A stretch of DNA of 64,000 nt from Octopus sinensis (GCF_006345805.1 NC_043004.1:47802001-47866000), one strand, 5' to 3'. Positions 38,191 to 50,606 are shown, counted from the first letter of the stretch. The notes: generated by a model not told the origin, from the letters alone. Numbers and translations are program-made.

Positions 38191-39060
38191 GAGATAGACT
38201 ATTGAACAATATGAAATATATTTCCTATTCTTTTCTTTCTATACATGTCTGCCGTATCATTTAAATGATATAAGTGTTTAACATCAGCTCAGTATTAGTC
38301 AATCAGTTTTAATCTAAAAGTATCTATTGCTATAACCATCATACTTTTCTTTTCTGGCAGTGAATGTCTTGAAAAACATTGTTCAAGCTCTACGTACCTT
38401 CTAACATTTATCGTCAGTTTAAAAATTTGATCAAAGGCTCTCACATTCATTCAAGAATTTAACTCTCTGTAATAAAGTATGGTGTATAAGAAAAAACAAA
38501 GGTGTAGTGTATAACTGTTTCATTATCGTATTTGTTTCCGTTTGAAACGTATTGTATTGCGGCTCAATACAGTACAATGCACTACACTATATTTTAGTGC
38601 AAAGCAGCGCAGTGCCGTATTTAAAGAAATTCACTTATTGCCATGCTCCATTTGAAAATTGCATTCTGCATTAAAGCTGCAGCGTATGTGATTATAAATT
38701 TCCTTTACAACTGTTTTGTTTCAAACAAATTAGTGCATTTCTCTGGCTTCGTTTAGCGACAAGAAACTGAAATTCATTAAGTAGTAGTAGTAGTAGGTTT
38801 TAACAAGAGTAGCGACAAGTGGCAAGTGGTTGATTAAGACATTCTTCAACTAATGTTGCTAGAAACAAATTAGTTTCAAAAGACAGAGATTAACTGAAGA
38901 AACGATTTCTTGTTTGCTATTTACCGTTTCCTAACGTGCACGCACTAATATATGCTCGTACTGTATGTGCATATATATATATATACTATATATATATATA
39001 TGTGCATATACATATATATAATAAATCTCTGAACGAGGTATAAACAGTAACTGCACGACA

Positions 39061-39398
39061 ATATTTGCCATCTCAATATGGCTAACCACTAAGGGTAGGT
39101 GTTACTGTAGCTTGTAGGCCCAGGAGAACATCGTCTCCTGGCTGGCTTTGGACACACTTTCTGTGCCCTTAAGGTATTTGCAAAGGGAGATCATCCTTCC
39201 CTCGTCAACCTAAGTGATACTAGAAACTGCAGTCCGTGCGTATCACTTAGGTTGACGAGGGAAGGATGACCTCCCGTTGCAAATACTTTAAGGGCACAGA
39301 AAGTGTGGCTAAAGCCAGCTGGAGACAATGTTCTCCCTGGGCTACAAGCTACAGTAACATCCACCTTTAGTGGTTAGCCATATTGAAATGGCAAATAT
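39061..39398. mobile_element. 338-bp hairpin MITE: 160-bp arms (~90% identical), 19-bp loop
   Basis: 39061-39220 is the reverse complement of 39240-39398. Confidence 0.92.
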
Positions 39399-39402
39399 AC
39401 CT

Positions 39403-39449
<47 letters not shown>

Positions 39450-39589
39450 GTCGACCGAGTGTGGCGGCCTATGCAGGACAGTGATACTGACGTTTAGAGC
39501 CCAGGAAGACATCTCTTCCAGCTGGCTAACGGCACACATACTGTGCCCGATTAGTATTTACGAGGGGAGGTCATCGCTCCCATTTCTAG

Positions 39590-40176
39590 CCTTACATGAT
39601 GCACCCGGACTCCACGGTGCCATATTTTCTGTCTCTTGTATAGAACGTTGTCAGGTGTTTAATTTCCTTCAGACATTCTTCAATTGCTTCTTCAGTAGCT
39701 ATCTCTATTTCCTTGGTCATTGTCGATAATATTCTGTACACCACTGTTCTTTTCTTGGCACTTGTTGTCACTTCTTCTGGAGGGCTCAGTTTTAAATTGG
39801 ATCCCTCCTTCTGAATCAGCCAGTAGTATTCTTCCAGCTTCCTCTGTTCAATTTTCATTTCTCAATCTTCTAGCGAATCTGCACCATTCCCAGCTGCTGA
39901 AGCATATCTCCCGGCAAATGCTGGAACTGGTTCACACTCCATTTTTCCCTTTTCCAGTTACTTCGCCCCCAAATGGGGAAGAAGACAAACACAAAATTTA
40001 ACAGGCCCGCTGGTAAAAGCAGTAACGATATTTAAAAAATTCAACTAAACATGGTTCACCCGCGCGTGGTGAATCTTCAACAAAGATACAACTTACGTAG
40101 GGTTGAACCTGAATCAAAAATGATTTAACAGAACAAAAGTACCTCGATGACTAACATTACTGACTGTGTCAGTCTA
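39590..40176 (-). pseudogene. 5' fragment (5'UTR plus ORF1 N-terminus) of another Tx1-like LINE
   Basis: IQKEGSNLKLSPPEEVTTSAKKRTVVYR...EECLKEIKHLTTFYTRDRKYGTVE aligns with MQEEGGDVKISPSASIVESEKRTVVFK...EKCLSPIWKDIVYVARGRAYGTVD of ORF1 at 8479. Confidence 0.75.
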
Positions 40177-40192
40177 CTATTTATATATCTCA

Positions 40193-40249
<57 letters not shown>

Positions 40250-40316
40250 TATATATCATATATATCATATATATCATATATATGTATATAAATATATATG
40301 TAATATTATATAAATA

Positions 40317-40349
<33 letters not shown>

Positions 40350-43300
40350 TATTATTTATTATTTCACACTGAACCATTGTCGTTCTTTTTTTTCAAAATT
40401 TTATTTTATATATTGTTCACTATATGTGTATTACTTTTCACTGTGTGAAATTCAGTTCTGTGTTTGAGTTCGAATCTTTCAGCCTTTCTGTCATTGTTCT
40501 TGAAAGTTGGTCTTCCATTTCGACATTCCTACGAGCGTTTGTAACCTAGTTACCATTGTTATAACGACACCCTTATACAGTGGGAGAGATCCTCATCGTC
40601 ACTGTTATGCATCACAGTATGACGTCGTACTTCGTCGTCTCCATGACTGGCCCGAAAAGTATACCTCGCTGACTGAGATTGCTGTATATTAACCTTAAAG
40701 AAATCTGAAGCGAAAACCATAATGGAATATTGTTCCCATATGCGGTGCGGTGTTGATGTCGGAAAACCACTTGACTGAATGACACAGAATAGCTCATAAA
40801 TATGTTGTATATTTTAGTGATCAGGTGATTTTGCACTTCACTTTGCAGTTTCTACAGTTACTAAAATTACTTTTACTCCTCAGAGATGAAAGCTAGGCCC
40901 ATACAAAACTCCACCCAAGTCCGCTTGGTATACTACCTTCTACTCCTCTCGGGGACTTTTGAGCACTAGAGCTATCATAAGCATTTTACTCGCTCTAAGC
41001 ATTTTGCCTTAAGTTTACCCAGCACAGTTGCAGTCAAATGATTGAAGCAAGTAAAATATAATACCAGCACCTTCAGAATGTCTTTATAGTACATTTTTCT
41101 TAAATCTGTCAGCATGTAGTTGTTCCTGTTAGAACTCAAGTCCACGAGTTTGAAGGAATTCGGCAGGCTTGAGAAGGACAATGGGGGGAGGGGTATACTT
41201 CTTTCCAGAATAACTATTTTGTTAGCACACATTGCTGACTTAACTAAACTAGCACTGAAAAAAATTTCATTAGTAAAGCCCCTTTCATCTTAGGCTAGTT
41301 CAGTCACGCATGATCTAAAGAAAGAAAATAACACTAACAACCACTCTTCGGACAATTTCATGCTTCATTGTACAAACTTTGTTTCACCTAACTGGAGAAA
41401 ATAAACATGGTCGGGAAAGAGAGTATACGTATTTTTTATGAGTGTATGTACGTATGATTACTTTAAATAAATGCATATATACAGTATTGTTTTTAATATA
41501 TTTCATTGATTTCTCTTCATTTTACATTTATTAATTTACAATGGCGTTTTCATGCAGTAAGTGGTCCTGAGTGTTTTCTCCATTCATTTATATCATTAGT
41601 GACTTATGATCCTCAAATACAAAGCGGTGACAGCGTCCTTGAGAATTGAACTCGGAATCCAATGGGATTAAAGTTTCTACATTGAAACCGTTAATCTGTC
41701 AGTCGTCTATCCATGAAGGCCTACCTACTCATTGCCATTTGGCTGTTTCTTATCGAGGGTGCGCCATACGTTTTAACAATCAATAAATGTGTACGGTACG
41801 TAAAAGCAGAGAAAAAAGTCATTTATTGGATTCTTAAACTTCAATGCAAGTTATAGCCCAGCCTGAATAATAGTGTAATGTAATAGAGTAAAGTGAATTA
41901 TAGATTACAAGTATTCCACAATGCTGTTTATATTATACCTGATTGATTGTGTTTTTAATGACAATAATGATAATGGTATTTACAAGCTAAATATAAACAA
42001 CAGAGACTATTGATTATCAGAAGTAAAGAATCTTAACAAACGTAAAATATATATATAATTAATACTAAACATAAAACTAGAAGAGGCATGGGCAATCAAT
42101 CATTAGCCAATGGCTAGCACGTAAATGGAAAATCTTCCGGGATATAATAAATAACAGAAGAAATAATCAATTTTAATTATTAGGGAATACTCGGTTATAT
42201 TAGAGAACAATTGACACGCTTTTCATAGAATTTTATCTTCGTCTTATGAAACGTTATTAAATCTTCGCTAATTTAAAGAGAATTAAATTGAGAGTGAAAT
42301 AGTCTGCAAGGGAAACTGCATCAATTCAGAGGCGTAACGTCGCTAATAAACTTCCCATACTCTGCAATTATTTCTTTAGGTTTCTCTATCGTAAAAATAA
42401 AATAAATTCAGTTAAGAAATTGTGGTTTATAAATGTCAGAGTTATATTCATCTCTGTGTTTTGAAGGCGCATAAATGTATCCATATGGGTATGTTTATGT
42501 ACTATACACTCCCTTCACACAAAGCAATACAAAGATCTAACTGCACATATATATATATATTCATAATTTAAAGTAGAAAATTACCCGTTAACAGGTAATT
42601 TTCACATGCTAGAAATAGCAACCAACACGGTCAAAACCACAATTTAATAGCAAATTTCGAAGTAAACGGAAAATAAAAATTTTACCTTGGTATATAACGG
42701 TTATACCATGGTTTCGAATTTCTTTAGCAAATAATATTATTTGCCATCCTTTAATAGCTAAGATAGCAAAACAATCTTATCCACCAGGCGAATTCTCGTC
42801 AGTAACCGGCCTCAACAATTAACTTATAATTCAGAGACAAGATAACACGTATCCCATCATTATATGTTATAATTTTTCAAAATACTGCGTGCAGGCGCAT
42901 ATACAGTCAGCAATAAATACAATGCCGAGATGAATCTTCGAGAATGCTAAGAACATATTCATAAGTTACATCTATAGGGTGGCGATATTAAATTGTGATT
43001 TTGGCCGTGTTGGCTGGTATTTCTAGCATGTAAAATATGAATATGTTGTCTATTGACTATTTATACATGCTAGGCCAGTGGCATAGATACATATTCATAG
43101 ATACATATAACAAGGAATATGCAGTTGCTCGATGAACTAAACTAGCAGATGTATAACATTTACATGGAAGTAGTTGAATATGCAACAGATATGTGTATCC
43201 ATAGTGCACTTCTCAGGTAGATACACTCTATGAATAGGCTAGTTGTTGTAACATACTTCTTCAGAATATTCACCTACCTATTTACAGTCGTATAGATTTC

Positions 43301-44046
43301 GCCATAGAAATCGACAGTTGTCCAAGATAGAACAAACCGCTATCGACACTTGGACCTATTGTTCGTTCAGCATACAGTACTATAGGTCCAGTGAAGCCGA
43401 TACCGATCTTATGATACGGTTTCACACTGGGTACTAAAACCAGCACTGTTAAGTAATATCGCTTACTCTTCAGAGATGTCAGGTACGGAAAAATATCGCG
43501 ATTGCTCCCTGTTAGTGGAAACAGTAAAGTCACACCCATCTTCTAGTTACTATAAAAAGACAAAACGAAGCAATGGGAAACGAACTGTGCAATGGTTTTA
43601 TCAAAAGTTATGCTTCTGCGACCCAAAGACTCTGAGGTGCCCTAAGACGGCAAGGATTTTTTTGAAAATATGTGCAATGGTTTAGGGAATGGTGTTTGTA
43701 TTTGATTGGAAAATGCCAAACTAAATATCACTTGACGAAATACTTGCGCACTTCGCTCGCCATTGCTTCCTTTCGTTCTTTTTTTTTTGTTTTTGACAGC
43801 ACCAAGGGTTTGACGATATAGTTTTTCGCCTCCAGTGTCGCAAAGCATTCGCAATACTTTTGTCCATACTTACCATCTCTGAAGATCCTGCAGTATTACA
43901 TAACCATTCTGTTATGTATCATCCAGCTTCAGTGCTCAGCACAAAACAAATTGGTACGATCAGCTGTAATGGGTCTATAATACTCTATACTTTGATTTAT
44001 ATATGTGTGTGTATGTGTGCGTAATTTAATATGAATATATATATAT

Positions 44047-44341
44047 CACAGTGATCACCGTGACCGACCAGGTTATCAGATGTTACTACACATCGCTGGT
44101 CACAATGCGCTTCGCATTGTTTTAGCCTTCAAATGACGCCACCCCGGTGGCTAAGCGAGCAGGCCAACAGAAGAGTGAGAGAAAGTTGTGGCGAAAGAGT
44201 ACAGCAGGGATCGTCACCACCCCCTGCCGGAGCTGTAGGTATTTTCGCTCAATAAACACTCACAACGACAAGTCTGGGAATCAAAACCGCGATTCTACAA
44301 CCGATGGTCCGCTTCCCTAACCATGGGCCATTGAGCCTCCA
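44047..44341 (-). mobile_element. Full-length SINE (Arg-head family)
   Basis: Head ggaggctcaatggcccatggttaggg; the tail is shared with 33615-33885. Confidence 0.85.
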
Positions 44342-44342
44342 C

Positions 44343-44391
<49 letters not shown>

Positions 44392-44678
44392 TAACAATAA
44401 AGGGTGAAATTAATTAATTTGGAATAATTATTAATTACACCAAGTAGATTTCGGCATGTAAAAGCCTCATTCGAGGAAAATTTAAGTAATACTAAGCAAT
44501 TAAGGGTTTAGCAACGAATTGCCTCGCCACACACCGAATTTAGAAATAGCAGTCAAAGAGTTATAGCTATTCTTTCTACTAAAAGGGAGATCTCAGTATA
44601 AACACAACACTTGAAAGGCAAACACAGACAGGTAAGAGAGAATGAAATGACGGCAATCTATCATACAATTTTAAGTCA

Positions 44679-44770
44679 CCTACGGACGTACGTTTCGAAA
44701 TCAAGTTTTAGGAAAGCATAAGAATTAGAAAATTCTACCTTACCCAAACTTCTTTTCTCATCAGCGTAGG
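44679..44770 (-). ncRNA. Type I hammerhead ribozyme (intact core), minus-strand copy
   Basis: Reverse complement cctacg-CTGATGA-[gaaa..tttc long stem II]-GAAAC-gtac-GTC-cgtagg. Predicted cleavage 3' of the C at 44685. Confidence 0.85.
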
Positions 44771-45116
44771 ATACTACAATTATGAATAATTGTATATTAA
44801 ATTTTGAGATACTAGAAGGCAAAATCTCAACTCAGTGTCAGAGCGAGTCAAAGCATTACCAGTACCACGAAATTCAAAGTGTGAATGAAAGTTTGTGTCA
44901 CCAGCCCCCTTCCACCCGCGTGTAGCCAAGACAAGATGCTGTGGTCATTTACTGGGATAAAAATATGGTTATCAGTAACAATAAAGGGTGAAATTAATTA
45001 ATTTGGAATAATTATTAATTACACCAAGTAGATTTCGGCATGTAAAAGCCTCATTCGAGGAAAATTTAAGTAATACTAAGCAAAATTTAATATACAATTA
45101 TTCATAATTGTAGTAT

Positions 45117-45208
45117 CCTACGCTGATGAGAAAAGAAGTTTTGGTAAGGTAGAATTTTCTAATTCTTATGCTTTCCTAAAACTTGATTTCGAAACGTACG
45201 TCCGTAGG
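45117..45208 (+). ncRNA. Type I hammerhead ribozyme (intact core), plus-strand copy
   Basis: Helix I cctacg 45117-22 / cgtagg 45203-08; CTGATGA 45123-29; stem II 45130-45190 (GAAA/TTTC, AAGTTTT/AAAACTT, AGAATT-ttct-AATTCT); GAAA 45191-94; helix III AC-gtac-GT; GTC triplet 45200-02. Confidence 0.88.
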
Positions 45209-47589
45209 TGACTTAAAATTGTATGATAGATTGCCGTCATTTAATTCTCTCTTACCTGTCTGTGTTTGCCTTTCAAGTGCTGTGTTTTTACTGAGATCTC
45301 TCTTTTAGTAGAAAGAATAGCTATAACTCTTTGACTGCTATTTCTAAATTCGGTGTGTGGCGAGGTTATATATATATATATATATATATTTACACATATA
45401 TATATGTATGTATGTATGTATGTATATACATAAACATGTGGTTTAGAAAGAAACATGGTTGTGATAGTTATTCTTCAAACAAGCAAAAATAACTGCTTTT
45501 GTTTAGAATCACTCTTAGCTTTACTATAAGTAAATGTTGTGAAGTTTATACAGAGATACAACAGAGTAATTGAAAATGTGACCTTTGCAGTCAATGCATC
45601 TTTTATCAGAAACACTGATGAAGAAATTCAAGGAAAAATTGATCATATGGAAAGCTACATATTTGTATCTTACTTTGATGCTTGTCTAAAAGAAAGATGA
45701 TGAAAATAGTATCATGATACTAAACGTCATTTTGCAGGATAAAGGCCATTAGAAAAGTTCTATAGACTGTTAATGAGACACGGGAAGATAAGACTGAAAA
45801 TAACAAGATTAGTTGAAGGTGTTTTAAAAACCTTTAGATAATAGGGTCATCCAAAATCGGACAGCCTAAGGCAAATATTATGCTTTCCAAATTTTACATT
45901 CTTTATGGGTTCATGTAGAAACTAGAGCACCAATGACGGAAATTTTCCTTTTCGAAACAATGTAATTATAATGATTTTATGCATAATATGAAGGTAAATC
46001 CCAAGCAAGAAGAAAATTATTTCTATATTTACAGTAACCAAATTGATTATACATGTATATCAAAACATTGAAAAGCTGCATTAAAAATGTAGAATGCAAT
46101 GCCCAAGAGAAAATCTCATAAGACCAACTGAAAAGTATTGTAAAATGTATTAAAACGGAAAAGAGGGAAGAAAAGAGAGAGAAGAAAGGTAAAGACAGTT
46201 TGTCATTAATACTTAGGTGGTAGATGTGTAAATAGTAATAAAGACCTTCTGAGAGAATTCTCAAAAAACCTAAAAAAAAAACAATGTGATGTTTGAGATA
46301 TAAAAAGTACTGTCATACAAAACAGATTTTGCAGGAATGGAGACGATGAACAAACAATAGAATAATTGACTTAAACCAATGTATACGTTAATGAACAAGA
46401 ACCACATGCTAAGAACAGTGGAAAGATGTTGATTATAAGACACAAAGAAATCGTGATTATTATATTTTTGTCTAAATGTAGTTCTAAATGGAATAGCAAC
46501 CGAACTAAAGTGATAAGACTCAGCATGCGAAATGTCTTTTGTTCTATATTCTACATGGACTTTTGCTTGATTTTATACAATGATTTCCGCATTAACCACG
46601 TAATGTATTGCAAAAAATGGGAAAATGACTTCCTTGCATTTCTTGTATCCATCGGAAGCATATATGAATTGGATTGAGACATCCGGGAAGCGAAATCAAG
46701 TAGCAAACATGTCTGGAGGGATATTCAACTTCTGACAACACGGCTCACTGAAAACAGTGTATTGTTGAATTGATGCCTTTCAATTTATTATTCACGTTGT
46801 TACTTCTCTAAAGAAAAAAATAGCTTTATACTGACCAGTACAACGTTCGTGGTAATAGCATGAGTAAATTACCGTCACGCGTATCCATTAATTGCATTTC
46901 GACTAAGGAAGGTTAAAACAGATATTTATTTCAGCGTGTGAAGATGACATTACAACATTGAAGTGCCCATGATTCCAAGTAAAATTACGTAAAGAAAATT
47001 ACATATGACTTTGTAAATTACGTACAGAAAAGTAACTATATTCATTACTTTATCGTACACTTTAGTATCAAGGTTCAGCTAAAAGATCAACTTCATAATA
47101 AATTCATTTCAAGTTTTGTAAGATCTGAACGTTCATTTCGTAGAAAAAAGAGGAGTTTTCTTCTTTTTTCTATCTAAAATCATCAATGTCAATTCATCCG
47201 AAATTAAATGAAAATTGTTATTTTCATACGAGCAGAGTAAGAAAGCATTAATCATGAGAAACACATTATACCAGAACATGGCCACCTCATTAATTATTCA
47301 TTCTCGTCGATATCACATATTTATGCGAGCTTAGCTATATTTAATAAACACCAAATATAACAACGCATTTATACATATATACATACATACATACATACAT
47401 ATATACATACATACATATATACATACATATATACATGCACATATGTGTGTATTTGTGTTTGTATGTGTACAAATATGAGAGTGCGAATTCAGTTTCTATC
47501 TGCATGTACGCTATATGATGTTTATGCACAATAACTAAAAGAAGACTCAAATAAGAGATATCAAATTAAACATATATATATACATATTC

Positions 47590-47622
<33 letters not shown>

Positions 47623-47645
47623 CATATGCATGCATCATATACCAT

Positions 47646-47680
<35 letters not shown>

Positions 47681-47985
47681 ACACACATGTATATATATAT
47701 AGGGAGAATATTACAGAGTAACAGTGAGGTGGAGAAAGCGTTAGCTTGCTACTAATCTTCTGAGTGGCGTACGACATTTCCGATATTGCTTTTCGTTTCT
47801 TTTTACTTCTTACGTCTAATCCTGTTTCGTATAAAATATGGATTTTATCCTTTGACCTCGAGCGAAAATCTGTTTTCATCATGTGTCGGAATGAATTAAT
47901 ATATATAAAATATATATTACTCACACATACACACCTTTAATAACATATTACATACGTATACCCATTTGTCTCTCTAACACTCAAT

Positions 47986-48047
<62 letters not shown>

Positions 48048-48478
48048 ATATATCTATATGTATGTGTGTACATGTTTGTGTTTGAGTTTTTAATAACGCC
48101 TTTATTATTCGTACCAAAAAAGACAAATGGCGCATGATTAAAGAAAGAATAAAAGAAGAGAAAACGTAGACAAATGACAAAATATTGGCACTTGATTTCG
48201 CTTCGTATAGAATATTGTATTCAATAATGATTTGTGTACATTTTGTTTCAGGGTCACGTAAAGTGTAAGCAAATATATTGATTCTTTTCCAGTCAACTTC
48301 TAGCAATATATATTCTCTAATTCGATTACAGATCTGCCAACATAGAGAATAGACTGTTAGTGTCTTTTGAAATCTTTACAATTCTGGAGAGGAAACAACA
48401 ATCAGTCTATCAAAAAATCGATAATATTCTTGTTCGCTTTTCTCATGATTTTAGCCGATCTGTATGTTACACACACAC

Positions 48479-48525
<47 letters not shown>

Positions 48526-48992
48526 CGCACATGTATGTATGTGGACGTATGTATATCGATGCCGGTGATCTCACTCTCTCCCATAAAAGCGGATGCACAC
48601 ACACGCACAGAAACATACACACACCCATAAACAACATACATAGTCATATTTAATATTTTCATACTTTTTTAATGTGCATTATGTCATAATTGCTAAAAAG
48701 TTATAATTCTTTCGAAAACAAGCCTATATACGTGTGTGTGTGTGTGTGCGCAAGCTTATAAGGGACGTGTGTATGTGTGATGTGTGTATGAGTGCGTGAG
48801 TGTTTTGAAATGAAATAAATGACAAAGAAGCAGGATATTATCCGCGAAACTTCATCACTTTACAGCTGTTTCTGTGTTAGGTGACGCACATGCTCTCAGC
48901 TCTGAATGTTTCTTGTTCGTTTATCATTTATTTAATTTCATATAACTCTATATACCTCTAACATGTTATTCAGAAGTATTCTTTTATTCTTT

Positions 48993-49140
48993 TATTTGTT
49001 TCAGTCTCTTGGTGCGGCCATGCTGGAGTGCTGCCTTTAGTCGAAGAAATCGCCCCCAAGACCTAATGCTTGTAATTTTAGTACTTATTCTATCGGTTTC
49101 ATTTGCAGAACCCATAGGTTAGGAATGTAAACGCATTACG
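48993..49140 (-). mobile_element. Decayed 3' part of a SINE (family of 51626-52040)
   Basis: gcggccatgctggag..gcctttagtcga..agtacttattctatcggt. Confidence 0.65.
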
Positions 49141-49312
49141 TTTTCTCGAAAAACAATGTCACTATACACAAAACTTTATATCATTTTCCTAACATGACGA
49201 TTATAATATGATTTTTAATCATATGATACAAATCGTCTGTTGTTTTTCATTCTATTTTGTTTTCTATACATCCAACCACGTGCTTTCACATACTAACTCC
49301 CTCATACACCTA

Positions 49313-49342
<30 letters not shown>

Positions 49343-49370
<28 letters not shown>

Positions 49371-49530
49371 AATTAGGAATGGTCATTTTGCCAGTTTAGC
49401 CAATAAAAACACACGCACTATATATTTGGTGTTACTTTGCTTCAGCGTTATTTATTTTTTACATTAACCTTAATCTTATTTCGGCCAGAGTTCTTTTGTC
49501 ACACTTCTGTGACATCATCAATGGTCCTTT
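49343..49530 (-). mobile_element. (TA)n-adjacent Penelope-terminus-like fragment with a decayed hammerhead-like core
   Basis: Minus strand: ggacca-TTGATGA-tgtcac-agaa-gtgaca...ggcc-GAAA. Confidence 0.35.
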
Positions 49531-49713
49531 GCTTTCTTTCTTCTTATTTGTGTGTCTCTCCTTACTTACGGTCAGTCATTTTGCATGTTGTATTCCTATC
49601 GTATGTGTCTTCATTTGCGCATGCATATACCTCTATGTGTGTCTATGTTTAGTTAGTGGGGGGGGAAGTGCCTGTAATATTTGTATGTTCTGTTTATATA
49701 CGATCGTATATAT

Positions 49714-49770
<57 letters not shown>

Positions 49771-50275
49771 CATGCTTGTATGTAATAGAGTGTAGAGTAT
49801 ATCTATAAGTTTTTATATAATATAAATGTTATGCCTAGATACACAATATTGTTGTGGTCTGAAAAAATAAAGAATAGCTATAAATGCTGCACGTTTCATT
49901 TCAGCTTCGTGTCTCGTTAGCTGCTGCGCATCTTTTTTAACTGTCCAAGAACGCGCACATCAATTTTCATATTTCACACTTCCTTGAGAACAAGTTCAAA
50001 TAACGAGATATGGATGTGTTAACAGTGTTTCGTTTCATTGCAATAATATCCTATAGAACAAATCTTTGTATATTTATGTAGTAAAGTACATTATATAGAA
50101 TGTTACAGTATACAACGTATTGTATAAGTAGTCGTATCTTTACTTCCATAATAAAATATAGTGTTGGCTAAAGAAAAGATATATAGTTACGTTCTGCAGT
50201 AGAAACGGCTAGAAAAGAACAGTAGATATCTATGTATTTGTATATGGTTAGACACTCACACAATCACACACACAC

Positions 50276-50377
<102 letters not shown>

Positions 50378-50389
50378 ATGATAGACCGT

Positions 50390-50572
50390 TAGCCACTACA
50401 CACATTTTTCCTCTCCTTGTTTCTCTCCTTCTTTTCTGTGTCCCTTTCTGTAGAAGAGCGTATGCTCGAAACGTAAAAGACTTTTTTCTATTCCTGAGCA
50501 TTATACTAATATATCTGTTTGTTTTGTACACCACCTGTCTTCGTCTTTCGTTGTTTTTTCTTAAACTCTCCC

Positions 50573-50573
<1 letters not shown>
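50390..50573 (+). mobile_element. (TA)n-flanked repeat with hammerhead-like motif (copy 3)
   Basis: Matches 32467-32625 and 5985-6150 (-). Confidence 0.7.

Positions 50574-50606
<33 letters not shown>

Larger units (their letters stand above)
44386..45365. mobile_element. Non-coding Penelope-like element: 114-bp direct repeats (44386-44499, 44970-45083) and 284-bp inverted repeats (44522-44805, 45082-45365), flanked by (TA)n
   Basis: Repeats read directly. The direct plus inverted pseudo-LTR layout and the hammerheads are known hallmarks of Penelope-like elements. Confidence 0.8.

Noticed and set aside
5322-48306. ORFs at 5322-5528, 14745-14925, 22949-23215, 40975-41232, 43282-43539, 47974-48306 (and 50690-50830) as host exons
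   Set aside because: No recognisable domain and no consistent acceptor/donor pair in an open frame, and their lengths are compatible with chance.
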